DNA from: Mobula hypostoma
Lineage: Eukaryota
Assembly: GCF_963921235.1 (NCBI RefSeq)
Contig: NC_086101.1
Span: 21,018,001-21,082,000 of the forward strand
Length of the DNA: 64,000 nucleotides
Direction of reading: 5' to 3'
Under the pieces are notes generated by a model. It ran no database searches, had not been told where the DNA came from, and saw only the letters and a list, made by a program, of their open reading frames with translations. This document shows, one piece after another, positions 23,164 through 34,840 of the stretch (positions are counted from its first letter, which is position 1; the number at the start of each line of letters is the position of its first letter). The position numbers were made by a program, and so were the translations under genes.

Positions 23164-25960
23164 TGAAATGTCTCTGTATAACACTGATCTCTACATATCC
23201 CTCTGTCACAGTATGCTGGTCTGAGAAAGATCAATTATCTTTCGTCACTCTATTTTCTATGCATTATTCAGTTGCCAGCCACATCAATATATTACCCTCA
23301 TTTGCAGGTATTCACACATTGCAAATTCAAGCAATTTTTCTGCCATTAATGTTAAGCAAACGTGTCAGTAGATCTCTGCTTCATCTCTTCCTACTTTTCT
23401 AAAAAGTGGTTTGCAGTCATTAAGATTCCACTCTGCAGAACAACTCCAGAGTCAACAGAAAAATGGAAGACAGTAAGACAACATTTTTTGACTCAGCCAC
23501 AGCCTGTTTTAAAACTGTGGTGTAGATTCTCAGAATTTTTCACCAGCTTCTCCACTCCTGTTTTTACCAACACTTAATTTCCTTTCCCACAAGGGAAATT
23601 CTCTCATATTTCTGACAGCTGATGGTTACTGCCATTTCCCTGTTTACATTTAAATTCTCCACTCTGCCTGTGCAAAAAAAACCCTGCCTGCTCTATTTTC
23701 CCTTTAGGCGAGAGTAGGAATCAGAAGAAACCTCAGTATGGGCCTCAGTATTTAAAGCTAAAATTAATGATGTGGTTGTCAAACATTTCCGTAGTGCTAC
23801 ACTGTTTTTATCCAATGCTACGTGACAAATTTATTTTGGAGGGTTTTACATTTGCAAGTTTCTTGTTAATGTTAAATCATACCAAACCTGAAATTTAACA
23901 GGGCCTTCCTTTCATGATTTTCCTTTCTAAACCCAATGTGATGTTTGAAGCACTTGACAAGAATCTTAGACGGTTCTTTGAGAACCACCTTCACTGAACC
24001 TGAAACCAGTGACTTACCAGCAAAGCTTTTGATCTCAATCCTGATTAAGAGTCTTGTTCCCGAGCTTTGACAATCTCTTTGCCTCCCTCTCCCCCACTCC
24101 ACCCTTACAATCGGATGCTCCTTGAACTGCTGAGTTCCTGCAACAACTTTTCTTTTGCTGGTAGTAGTTCCACTGCTTTTTCACCATTCCAGTGCATTAC
24201 TCCTTCAAGGCACGCTGGAAATTCTATGTCAGTGTTGTCACTGGGCCCTTTCTAAGCCACACCACCGAGCATCTTTGTTTAAAGCCACACCAATTCCAAA
24301 TGCTTTGTTAACAAAATGAGAATACATTTGTGTTGGAATAGAGCAAACATATCACCATCATACAGAGAAATGCATCAATAAAAAAAAAGTTAATTAAATA
24401 AAATACGAAATGTCATGGCCGAATGATAACCATAACAAATAGGAAATGGTGGAAATACACTGTGGTTGACAGCTCATGCACAGCACTTCTACCTGAGTAT
24501 ACACATGTAAAGGCAGTGGTTTCCTTCAAAATCCTCAAGCTCCTCTGCCAAAGATCATGTCTGATCAGGCTTTGGCTTAGCTCAAGTTTCCTGTGTAACC
24601 CTTGACTAACTGTAGACTGAAAATCTGGATTTTGCAGCCTTGCAATACACAATGATTCAGCCTCCAGAAAGTCCAAATGTTTACATCCCCTGAAAAGAAA
24701 CTCCACTTCATTGCCACCTTAAACTGTGATATTTCCTCAAGCTAGATTCACCATAAGGAGAAACATTATCTCAGCATCGATCTTGTCAAATTTATGCAGA
24801 ATCTTAATCATCAGTACAGACATGGGTTTACTATATAACCTCCGATCAGGTTAGATTTAACCTACCCAACCTTTCCTTATAAGGTAACACTTTGATCCCA
24901 TGAATGAACCTAGTGAGTCTTCCCTGATCTTCCTTCAATGAAAGCTATCAATCCATCACACTTCTTCCTAACTCATCTGTGAGGTATAAACCATGCCTCC
25001 ACCTTAGAACTCATCACCTTGCTGTGTATTTCCAACATTTCTTACTTAGATTTGTCCAGCTTCTCCCAGTCTTTCCAAATTGGATTCTCCTTGCAAGCCT
25101 ATTCCAACGCCTGGTCTGTTCTCCCAGTGTGCTAGCCAGTTGTGTCAGCTGTAGGCAGTGCCGAAAGTTGCTGAGCATAAAAATTGCTGGGATTAAAGCA
25201 CACTTCAATGCCATTTTTATGTTTCATGTGGTGGATGATCAATGTTCAGTGCTGAACTTCTCTTCCATGTTCGTTCCAGCCAAAGATGTGTTCAAATCAG
25301 GATTGTATTTTATCTCATCGTATATCGTTGTGAGCTGTGCCCTTGGATTTTGATGTCCTACATTGGCATCCAGTTGATGTAAATGTCTCTGTGGCTTGAA
25401 AAAAAAGTAATTTTAATGATCCATTCATTTAGACTGTGTGATTATCTGAGTCATTTTTGAAACATAATGAGGAAGTTTGTTTAAAGGGAATGGAATACAA
25501 AATATTTTCCAGACCTGGAGACAGAATTTAGCACTGGAAAATCAAGGAATTAAAAAAAAATCTGTATAATTTCTGAAGTATAAGGTGAAACAGAGGAGTT
25601 ATGTGTTATAAAGTAATGTCAAAAGTCTTTTCAATAGCTGGAGACCGCTATACTGTGGGATATGCAGAGAAATGGCTGCATATTTCTGCTTTTCTTTATG
25701 ATAATCTGACCCTCTAACTTTGCCGTGGGAGTACTTTATAGTAATGTGGAGGTTTCGACCATGGAGGAAGCTTCATGCTATAAGACATGGACAGGGAGAG
25801 CTATTTTGTCCAGCTACGGAGGGACATTAACTATGTTTTGTGGAATATTGCAGGATCTGCTAAAATGTATAGAGTTTCCTCCCGGGGTTTTGTGCTGAAC
25901 TTGTGGAGAAGATTTTTAAAATGTCATTATACAAGGAACTCTGTACTGTCAGTGTGATCT
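23164..25960 (+). repeat. Tandem duplication, copy B (ITSM exon plus 3' flank)
   Basis: Collinear with 16330-21810 and separated from it by a CR1 fragment. Confidence 0.85.
25239..25394 (-). CDS. CD2/SLAM-family receptor, terminal cytoplasmic exon with ITSM (proximal copy)
   Basis: Acceptor ttacttttttttcaag, phase 0. Translates PQRHLHQLDANVGHQNPRAQLTTIYDEIKYNPDLNTSLAGTNMEEKFSTEH*. TIYDEI (25311-25328) matches the ITSM consensus TxYxxI/V. Confidence 0.8.
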   Translation of the reverse strand, partial: PQRHLHQLDANVGHQNPRAQLTTIYDEIKYNPDLNTSLAGTNMEEKFSTEH

Positions 25961-27084
25961 GGATAAAGCTTTGATTTCCCTTATTGGTCAGCAGCACAGC
26001 ATTTGACTTTGGAAAATTGCTAACAGCAATTTTGTAAAAATACAAAACTGACCCATATGCAAATATAACCGTGAAGGTTATCAGCTTACCAGGATTGTTT
26101 AAAATATGATGTGGTTGGTACGTCTAGCACACTGCTGTCTCTCTACTGTTTCTTGTTCCAATCCTATCTGTTATCTGATTATTCATCTGTGTTTTTATTC
26201 AGACCCATGGTGTGGGACCTCAAAGTTGGGTTAGTACTGCAGTATCTGCAGTCAGCACTCAAGCCACATTGAACTGCATAATCTCTGTATCATCTCACTG
26301 ATGGGGCAAATCTTATTGGCAATTTTTTAAAATTACTTTTGTTTCCCCATTGACTGAACTTCTGCTGTCTGCCTCCAGTTTTTGTTAACTACATATTGCC
26401 AATTTTAGATCATTAACACAGTGAAGTCCTGATGATTTTTTACAACATTAAAGGCAATGCATAAATGCAATTTCTGTATTTTTTTCAAACTCTGTTTGTA
26501 ATAACTTTATCCTACACAGTCTTGGTGGAAAACTTCCACTTTCATAAGTTAGTCACGCTGAAATGGTTAGAAGAGATTGAAAGGGGTTCTGTTGGATTCA
26601 TGGAATCATGGAAGCAGCAGAAACAAAAATGCAACAAAGCAACAGAATGGGAGAAAAATTTGGAGGAGAAATGCCCAGGGATGAAAGAAGAGAAGCCAGA
26701 AGGAATTGTTCAAGAGGTACCTTGTGGCAAGCAGCAAATGCAAAATGAGGGACTGAGAGAAAACACAAAAGAACAAAGATTACTGAAACCTCAATAAATT
26801 GGAAGTCACAGAGAAATGCATATGAAATGCAGAGGTATCAACCTTGTTCTTGAAGTCCCATCTAAAATTACCTTAGAGCTATGATGAAATCTCCCATGAG
26901 GGGACTGTTCATGTGGTAGGGATGTAATAACCCTTAAATTACCTCATCTCTCAAAAATGTTCCTCATCCAATCCCACTGTGCTCAATGACTGTTTTTTGG
27001 TTCATGTCGTAATTTTCTTTTTATTCCTTTTTCCAGAACAAGGTATCTTTAAGAAACCTAGTGTTTGAAATTGTGATCGTAAGC

Positions 27085-27540
27085 ATAGACATGAGAAATT
27101 CAGCAGATGCTGGAAACCTAGGGAAAACCACACAAAATGTAGGAGGAACTCAGCAGGCCAGGCAAAATCTATGGAGATGAGCAAACAGCTGACATTTCCG
27201 GCCAAGATCCTTTTTCAGGGCTGGAGAGGAAAGTGTATGGCGGTAGAATCAAAAGGTGGGAGAGGGATGGAGAATAGCCAGAATGTGATAGGTGAAGCCA
27301 GGGGTTGTAGGAAAGGCAAAAGTCTGGAAGGGAAGGAATTGGGTGGAGGAAAGTGGGCCATAGGAAGAAAGTGAAGAAGGAGGGGACCTGGGGGAAATGA
27401 CTGGCAGCTGAGAAGTTATAAGAGGCCAGAGTGGGGGAATGGAAGTAGACAGGAGTGTGAGGGAAATTTTCTCTTTAGTAGAAGGAGAAAACAATACTCA
27501 TGCCATCAGGTGGAGGCTACCCAGATGGAATATAAAATGT
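27085..27540 (-). mobile_element. Penelope-like element 3' fragment, degenerate
   Basis: cagcagatgctggaaac...ggaggaactcagcaggccaggc terminus and gccatcaggtggaggctacccagatgg (GIY-YIG end). Confidence 0.65.
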
Positions 27541-28378
27541 TATTACACACTGGAGGTCACGAATAAAGTGGCCACTGAGCTTATACCTGTTTATTTACCT
27601 CTGGTGAATTTAAACCCTGGTAAACCTTCACCAAATCTCAGTGAAAGCACTGAAAAGCACTCTACCACTTTCTCAAGGGCATTCAAGGGGAGGTCATAAA
27701 TGCTGGCCTCGCCAGTACACACCACATCTCACAATTAAAGAACAAGGAAAGAACAAGGCTTTGCAACAAGTGTGTGCAGTTACTTCCACATGGCTGAGGT
27801 ATCTCTCAACAGAATAAATAACGGATGAAGCTGCCCTACCCAGTTCTGCAATGCTTGCTGTCAGTCATAGGTGATAGAGTTCAGCAGTGGCGTTGATGAA
27901 GTGGAAGGAATCGTATCTATTTTTAGACTTGCGAAATCAGTGAGGGCGTGTTCCTATAAAAATAAGGTTGGAAGAAAATTGAAAATTTTGATGGCTGTTT
28001 GAGGCTTGCCTACTGAAAGGGGAGGAGGCAGCAGTCCTCATCACATCTGATGTGCTGTATTCTACAATAGTGCAGACAAAGCTGGAGAGGAGTTGGTATT
28101 GTTTGGATGGTGCAGATACAGTGGACTGAATAAGATGTGCTGTAACATTCTGTGACATAATCAAATTACAATTCCATTGTGCAAATCATGAAGCCTTTAT
28201 CAAACGGAACCTCCTCACACCATCAGACAGAGACAACATTCATGCACAGAAGGAGGGAAACTGATCAGGGTATGAATAACTTTGCTCTTCTTGAAAGTAT
28301 TGATGAATATTTGGCACTGCAGAAAGGGGAGAGAATGGGAAAAGTGTAAACCCAACAAATGTTGCAGCTTCTACTGAC

Positions 28379-28452
28379 CTGGTCCATGGCAATGTTTGTT
28401 CTCCTGGTCACAGCATACAGCACCGATTTACTTCTCCTTTCAGTATCAGAAG
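28379..28452 (-). CDS. CD2/SLAM-family receptor, cytoplasmic exon 1
   Basis: 74 nt, phase 1-0, acceptor gtgttttttttttaatttaaag and donor CAG|GTCAGT. Translates ASDTERRSKSVLYAVTRRTNIAMDQ. Its phases join the TM exon to the ITSM exon exactly. Confidence 0.72.
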
Positions 28453-29986
28453 CTTTAAATTAAAAAAAAACACAACTGCTGTTGGAACCATGTCTGGATG
28501 CTCCTTCTGTTCTATTTTCAGTAAATATTTTCTCCAGATATCCTTCCCCTTAAAGGTTACCCACCATACCTTCTCCATTCAAAAATTTGACTGACTGCAC
28601 AACCACAAGGACATCTCAGAGAAGTCTGACATTATCCTCAATGGGCACATTGTGGGCATTTCCTTTCACTGAACTACCCAGCTGCCATCCCTTTATAAAC
28701 TTCCACTAGGAATGAGGTATCCAGTTATTTCTTGCTGGTATCAAACTATACAGTAGACTTTAAACCAGGGAAAATCACAAATTCGCCCTCAGATGAAAAA
28801 AAAAACATGGTGGAGTTCTGTTCTTCATTGTAAAATGAAGTGGGAGTACTCTTCACAGCCAGTGTAGTTTCAGAAAATGCCTGTGCCATCGAGGTGAATT
28901 GATATTTACATTATGATGTTGGTCACCCAAAGGATTTGTCGATTATCACCAATCCAATTTCCACAATACAAATAACACTCTGTGATAATGGATATAAAAA
29001 CTATGCATTCAGAAAGACCTTAAGAAGGCAAATGTGAATATCTGTGCCCAAAGTAGAGGAGTATCTCATGCTGCATTGTAGCAAAGAAAGGCCACATGTT
29101 TGTGTGTACAGCAGCAACAAAGGTGGAGATTAGAATGGTTTTGATCAGTTCAAAAGACAAATTTTCTTCATGTCACCAGTACTGTGAAATGCCGGAGGAC
29201 AGAAGAAACATGAGGATTTGCACCGTTCTGTCTAAAATGCCATGAGGGAGCAGAACATAGCTTGGACCAGTTTATCGTATGAGAAATATCCCCAATGCTT
29301 AGATGTTCCTGCTTTCCTTTAACCTTTCTTTCAGACACAGTCAAGTTTGGTGAACTACAGAATTACAGATTGTGCAGGGATAGGCAAGATGGAGTGGGAG
29401 CAGAAAATCAAGCAGGTTATTCCCAACATCTTTGCTTTACTCACAGACTGGAATTTCACTTTTGCAATATAAACTGTTCTTTCCATTCTGGCTTTCTCTT
29501 TGGTTAATTAATCTCCATTGAAAAAATCTGAGAATGGTTTCTTTCTGTCTTCACAGCACATTCTAAGATAATGATTGAATTCTATGCTGACTTTGATACT
29601 TCAACCTCCTCTGTGGATGTACAGCATCCAAAAAATATTTGCAGTTAGTAATGAAACCTATGCAGCTCAGTTAAGAGGTGACATCATCTGTGATCTAGTT
29701 TAATTGGAAAGCATTCTATGAAAATCACATAAACCTCTAAGAACAGAAGGCATTACATGGCCCTTCAGAGCAACAGATATTGCTTTACTGCAATGCATTG
29801 CTGTTAGGTAGGAGTTACCTTGTATCCTTTCAGCTCAGTTTTGCTCTTCTGATCTGAGCTCCCAGTTGTGGTTCAAACTTTGGACTTGCACATTCTTAGA
29901 TCCCATATGAGGTACACTGTTAGTTGCTGAACAGCAGGGAAATCCACACCCAGGTATTGAAGAATATGCAAGACAAGACCATTCCA

Positions 29987-30090
29987 TTATGTCCTGCACT
30001 GCAAAGAGGAAACTGGGGTCCATTGTGTTGGTGGTGGAGAGGGTTTTGAGTGTTGTAGCTGGGGGTGAGGTTGTCTGGTCAGCTTGGTAC
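29987..30090 (-). CDS. Candidate alternative terminal exon (Pro-rich, Tyr-free tail)
   Basis: Acceptor cattcacctgattgcag, phase 1 and compatible with the TM exon. Translates GTKLTRQPHPQLQHSKPSPPPTQWTPVSSLQCRT*. An ATTAAA lies on the minus strand at 29699-29704. No transcript evidence. Confidence 0.35.
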
Positions 30091-30449
30091 CTGCAATCAG
30101 GTGAATGCAGAGAGCTTGTCCAGTGTAGCAGATTGGACGCATGTGCAATGCAAGGCCTGATGAAGGGCTTGAATACAAATACCTGCAATGGGACCCACTG
30201 AGTTGGAAGTTATGCAGGAAAGTCCCATTTAAGTGGTTCAGAAGAAGAACAGAACTCCTGCCAAGGAGCTGGTATGATTTCCTCCACTAATGATTGCCAG
30301 GTGGTAATCACTAGTTTAATGAGACCATACCTGATAGGATTTAATGCCAGAGATCCCATTCACAAAGACTAACTTGAGCCCAAATATTGTGATGGGGCAT
30401 TACCAAGGGCTGCACATTGTGACAATAAGAATATTCCAAGAGTACTTGC

Positions 30450-30566
30450 CTTTATTGAACTTGAGTTCTCTCTTCCAACACAAAGCAAAAACAATTGCAG
30501 TGATGAAAGCTTTCAGAGCAATGGTAGTAATTAAACGAATGTGGAGTGGCCTCAGTAGCTTCTCAC
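30450..30566 (-). CDS. CD2/SLAM-family receptor, transmembrane exon with intramembrane Lys
   Basis: 117 nt, phase 1-1, acceptor ccatccctttccag and non-canonical donor AAG|GCAAGT. Translates GEKLLRPLHIRLITTIALKAFITAIVFALCWKRELKFNK: a 20-residue hydrophobic segment followed by a KR stop-transfer. In frame with the C2 exon. Confidence 0.85.
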
Positions 30567-32204
30567 CTGGAAAGGGATGGACAGTCATCTGTGATTCTCT
30601 CAACATATTAATTAAACTTTGCTTAAAATAAGAAATACAGCAGACTGGTGAAGCTGATATTAAGAGAAGAGCTGATGCAGATTTACAAGGTGATAACTGC
30701 TTTAAGCATGGTATAGGGAAGGACGCTGTCCCCATGAGCAGATAGTTCAAGGATCAGAGGTTACCAGGGGCAAAAGGTGAAACTGCTGAGGGGGCAGATG
30801 AGATTGATCAAGAGTGACTGTTTCTACATCTCGTTGTCTGTATGAATGGTGACTGAAACTAGAATTAATCAGAGGTTTCAAGGGATAAACAGAAATATCC
30901 TAGCATTAAAAAAGTTGTCCATCCTGAGGAAGGAGAGTGGAGAATGGACTGACCTGGTTGTCCGACCAGAATCACTGAGCAAAATGGCTGCCTTCTGCAC
31001 AGTAAAGTTTTGTCATTGCAGAGAAGATGAAAACATATAAAAAGAACAAACACCAAGTCTCAGCATTCTATATCTTGGCCCTGTCCTCAGAAGGAGCCTG
31101 TAAGAATGAGATTTATCTAGCCAATTCCTTCTTCATTCTATTGATAAATTCAAAATAATTTTTAAACATTATTCATCAATGAAATTCTTCCTGAAAGAAA
31201 GAAAATTGTACTGTTCAAGAACATATGGGTGGTGGCATATAAATTGATTCCGACCAAGGATTAGACCAAATGACAAAGGAGCTGAATGAGGCCATTTGGT
31301 CCATTGCATCTGTGCTGCCACTTATCATAGCTTATTTTCACCTCTCAACTCAGTGCTCCTTCATTCTCATGTAACCTTTGACGTCCTTACTAATTGTGGA
31401 TCTATCAACCTTTGCTTTAAATATACTCAGTGGCTTGGCGTTCATTGCCATCTGTGGCAATGAATTTCACAAATTCACCACCCTCCTTCGGCATTCAAAT
31501 GATCTCTATCGCTGCTTTTATTTTTGACAGTTTTTCTAACTTACCCTTATTTGCCGAGTTCATGGGGTAGCGCGATACCAAAGTGGTTAGTGTAATGCTA
31601 TTACAGAGCAGCAACCTGGGTTTATACCCAAATGCTGTCTGTCAGGAGTTTATATGTTCCCAGACAGCCGTAGTGGTTATCCTCCAGGTGCCCTGGATTC
31701 CTCCCATATTCCAAGGATGTATGGGTGAGTGGTGTGATTGTCCATCTGGCTGTAATGTGAAGTACAAACTCATTTGGACCGGAATGCTGCATCTACAAAT
31801 AGACCTAAACCTTAAATTTGTTCGTAATTAACCTCATATAATTTTTTTCTGCCAAGTTAAAGGCAATCAAAACTAAATTGCTGAATCTAGAAGTTTAAGC
31901 ATCAGAAAGTGTCAGGAGGTTAATTATAAATACTTTGTTTCAACCACGGAACCAGCCCAGAGAAAAATAAAGTGTCTAATTTGAAAGCAGATAGCCACCA
32001 AAGAACAGTTTTAGATAAGCTGCTGACACAAGCCCAGGGAAATTACTTTCTCTTCTGGAAAACCCTTTGAGTCTATTTTCACTAACACAAAATCATTCCA
32101 TACAAAAACATGCTCCCTTCTATTGCTTGTGCCTTGCCCCTTGCATCTATGACTTGTAGCCATGGAAACATCTGCTGATGGAAAAAAGTCAAGGTTTATA
32201 AAAT

Positions 32205-33810
32205 CAAGCAACACACATCAAAGTTGCTGGTGAACGCAGCAGGCCAGGCAGCATCTCTAGGAAGAGGTACAGTCAACGTTTCGGGCCGAGAGCCTTCATC
32301 AGGACTAACTGAAAGAAGAGCGAGTAAGAGATTTGAAAGTGGGAGGGGGAGGGGGAGATCTAAAATGATAGTGGAAGACAGGAGGGGGAGGGATGGAGCC
32401 AAGAGCTGGGCAGTTGATTGGCAAAAGGGATATGAGAGGATCATGGGACAGGAGGCCCAGAGAGAAAGAAAAGGGGGAGGCGGGGAAAGACCCAGAAGAT
32501 GGGCAAGGGGTATAGTCAGAGGGACACAGGGAGAAAAAGGAGAGAGAGAAAGAATGTGTGTATATAAATAAATAATGGATGGGGTACGAGGGAGAGGTGG
32601 GACATTAGCAGAAGTTTGAGAAGTCAATGTTTATGCCATCAGGTTGGAGGCTACCCAGATGGAATATAAGGTGTTGTTCCTCCAACCTGAGTGTGGCTTC
32701 ATCTTGACAGTAGAGGAGGCCATGGATAGACATATCAGAATGGGAATGGGATGTGGAATTAAAATGTGTGGCCACTGGGAGATCCTGCTTTCTCTGGCGG
32801 ACAGAGCGTAGGTGTTCAGCAAAATGAAGTCCCAGTCTGCGTCGGGTCTCGCCAATATATAGAAAGCCACATCGGGAGCACCGGACGCAGTATATCACCC
32901 CAGCCGACTCACAGGTGAAGTGTCGCCTCACCTGGAAGGACTGTCTGGGGCCCTGAATGGTGGTGAGGGAGGAAATGTAAGGGCATGTGTAGCACTTGTT
33001 CCGCTTACAAGGATAAGTGCCAGGAGGGAGATTGGTGGGGAGGGATGGGGAGGACAAATGGACAAGGGAATCGTGCAGGGAGCGATCCCTGCGGAAAGCA
33101 GAGAGAGAGAGGGGGAGGGAAAAATGTGCTTAGTGGTGGGATCCCATTGGAGGTGGCGGAAGTTACTGAGAATAATATGTTGGACCCGGAGGCTGATGGG
33201 GTGGTAGGTGAGGACAAGGGGAACCCTATTCCTGGTGAGGTGGCAGGAGGATGGAGTGAGAGCAGATGTACGTGAAATGGGGGAGATGCGTTTGAGAGCA
33301 GAGTTGATGGTGGAGGAAGGGAAGCCCCTTTCTTTAAAAAAGGAGGACATCTCCCTCATTCTGGAATGAAAAGCCTCATCCTGAGAGCAGATGTGGCGGA
33401 GACAGAGGAATTGCGAGAAGGGGATGGCATTTTTGCAAGAGGCTGGGTGAGAAGAGGAATAGTCCAGATAGCTGTGAGAGTCAGTAGGCTTATAGTAGAC
33501 ATCAATAGATAAGCTGTCTCCGGAGATAGAGACAGAAAGATCTAGAAAGGGGAGGGAGGTGTCGGAAATGGACCAGGTAAACTTGAGGGCAGGGCGAAAG
33601 TTGGAGGTAAAGTTAATGAAGTCAATGAGCTCAGCATGCGTGCAGGAAGCAGCACCAATGCAGTCGTCGATGAAGAGAAGGAAAATTGGGGTCAGATACC
33701 AGAGTAGATTTGAAACATAGGTTGTTCCACAAAGCCAACAAAAAGGCAGGCATACCTCGGACCCAAACGGGTGCCCATAGCTACACCTTTAGTTGGAGGA
33801 AGTGGGAAGT
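32205..33810 (-). mobile_element. Penelope-like element, 5'-truncated, in the C2-TM intron (sense to the host gene)
   Basis: GIY-YIG ORF 32605-33057 (CKRNKCYTC...FLYIGETRRRL...EEQHLIF) and frameshifted RT C-terminus. 10-bp TSD tttataaaat at 32195-32204 and 33811-33820. Confidence 0.92.
32271..32306 (-). ncRNA. Minimal hammerhead ribozyme motif in Penelope terminus
   Basis: AGUC-CUGAUGA-aggcucucggccc-GAAACGUU-GACU: stem I AGUC/GACU, core CUGAnGA and GAAA, and a palindromic ACGU in the minimal stem III. Confidence 0.55.
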
Positions 33811-34549
33811 TTTATAAAATGATAAGAGTGGGTAGCCAGCACCTTTTTCCAGATGATAATAGTGGACAGCCATTTGGAAGTGGCTAATATAAGAATGCAT
33901 AATTTTATTGTGATTGGATGATGCTATAGAGAGGATAGCTGAGATACATTGTCTTACACAGAAATTGGTGTCCGCTGCCCACGGTGATGGTGCAGGTACA
34001 TACATTAGAGACACAGATGAGACTCTTAGATAGACACATGGATGAGAGAAAAATGGAGGGCAATGTGGGAGGGAAGAAGGGCCTATACTATGTTAAGGCT
34101 TGCCGCATATTGGTCACTCCCTAACCTTGTGAAACAAAATATTTAGTCTTCTCATCACCAGCGTCCTTTGAGATTCCTTATTGTCTCAATTGTACCTCAG
34201 AGAATTTGTGACAGTCTGTTTAATAAGACTGCAATTGTACAGTCAGGTGGAGTAGAGATGAGCTCAAATGTTAATCTCAGGTTTAGAGTGGTATCAGTGG
34301 TGTTGAACATGAGTGATTCCCACCCATTGCAGTCAAGCTCTGACTGATCCATAGATGGGATCAGAATGAATAGGGAACCAAAGTCAAGTCTGGAGGGTTA
34401 TACTCAGATTCCATGTTCCTAAAATGTCACTGATCTATCTCAGACCTTACCCTGTCCATTGTAAGACTTTTGAGATTAGAAGAGAAATGAAATAAATCAC
34501 TATCATTTTTAGGAAAAGTTTACAGGGTTTAAAAATGTAATGTACCAAC

Positions 34550-34840
34550 CTTCAGTGACCAGACAGAGCCTTCTGAGATCCACACTCGTAGCTGCCTCAC
34601 TGACAGGGTTCCTCACTGTGCAGTTGTACACTGCGTTGTTCTCACTCAGCCTTACGGACAATTCCAGTCTTCTCCCTCCGTCAGTCAGTACATGTGACTC
34701 ATCGGCCGTGACCTCATCACCTCCTGTCCACCAAGTGAAAACTGGCTTCGTGCCATGCTCCAGTGAACAGCGCAAACTAATTTTACATACCTCATCTGAG
34801 TTGAACTTGCTGCTCTTTATTACTGGTGTTGATACAGATT
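34550..34840 (-). CDS. CD2/SLAM-family receptor, IgC2-domain exon
   Basis: 291 nt, phase 1-1, acceptor ttttcttataaacag and donor AAG|GTTGGT. Translates ESVSTPVIKSSKFNSDEVCKISLRCSLEHGTKPVFTWW...YNCTVRNPVSEAATSVDLRRLCLVTE. Four Cys and the YxCTVxNPVS motif are characteristic of CD2/SLAM domain 2. Confidence 0.93.

Noticed and set aside
26465-26797. 110-aa plus-strand ORF
   Set aside because: It is purine-rich, low-complexity and antisense within the receptor's last intron, with no domain features.
28021-28130. Plus-strand VLYSTI ITIM-like motif
   Set aside because: It is antisense to the receptor gene, inside its intron, with no supporting exons.
33843-33923. Second Lys-containing hydrophobic stretch on the minus strand (HHPITIKLCILILATSKWLSTIIIWKK), which stays in frame across the Penelope TSD with ORF 32011-32214
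   Set aside because: Its only acceptor is phase 0, incompatible with the phase-1 C2 donor with or without the 16-nt micro-exon, and its donor is weak. The 30566-30450 exon fits phase and TM character much better.
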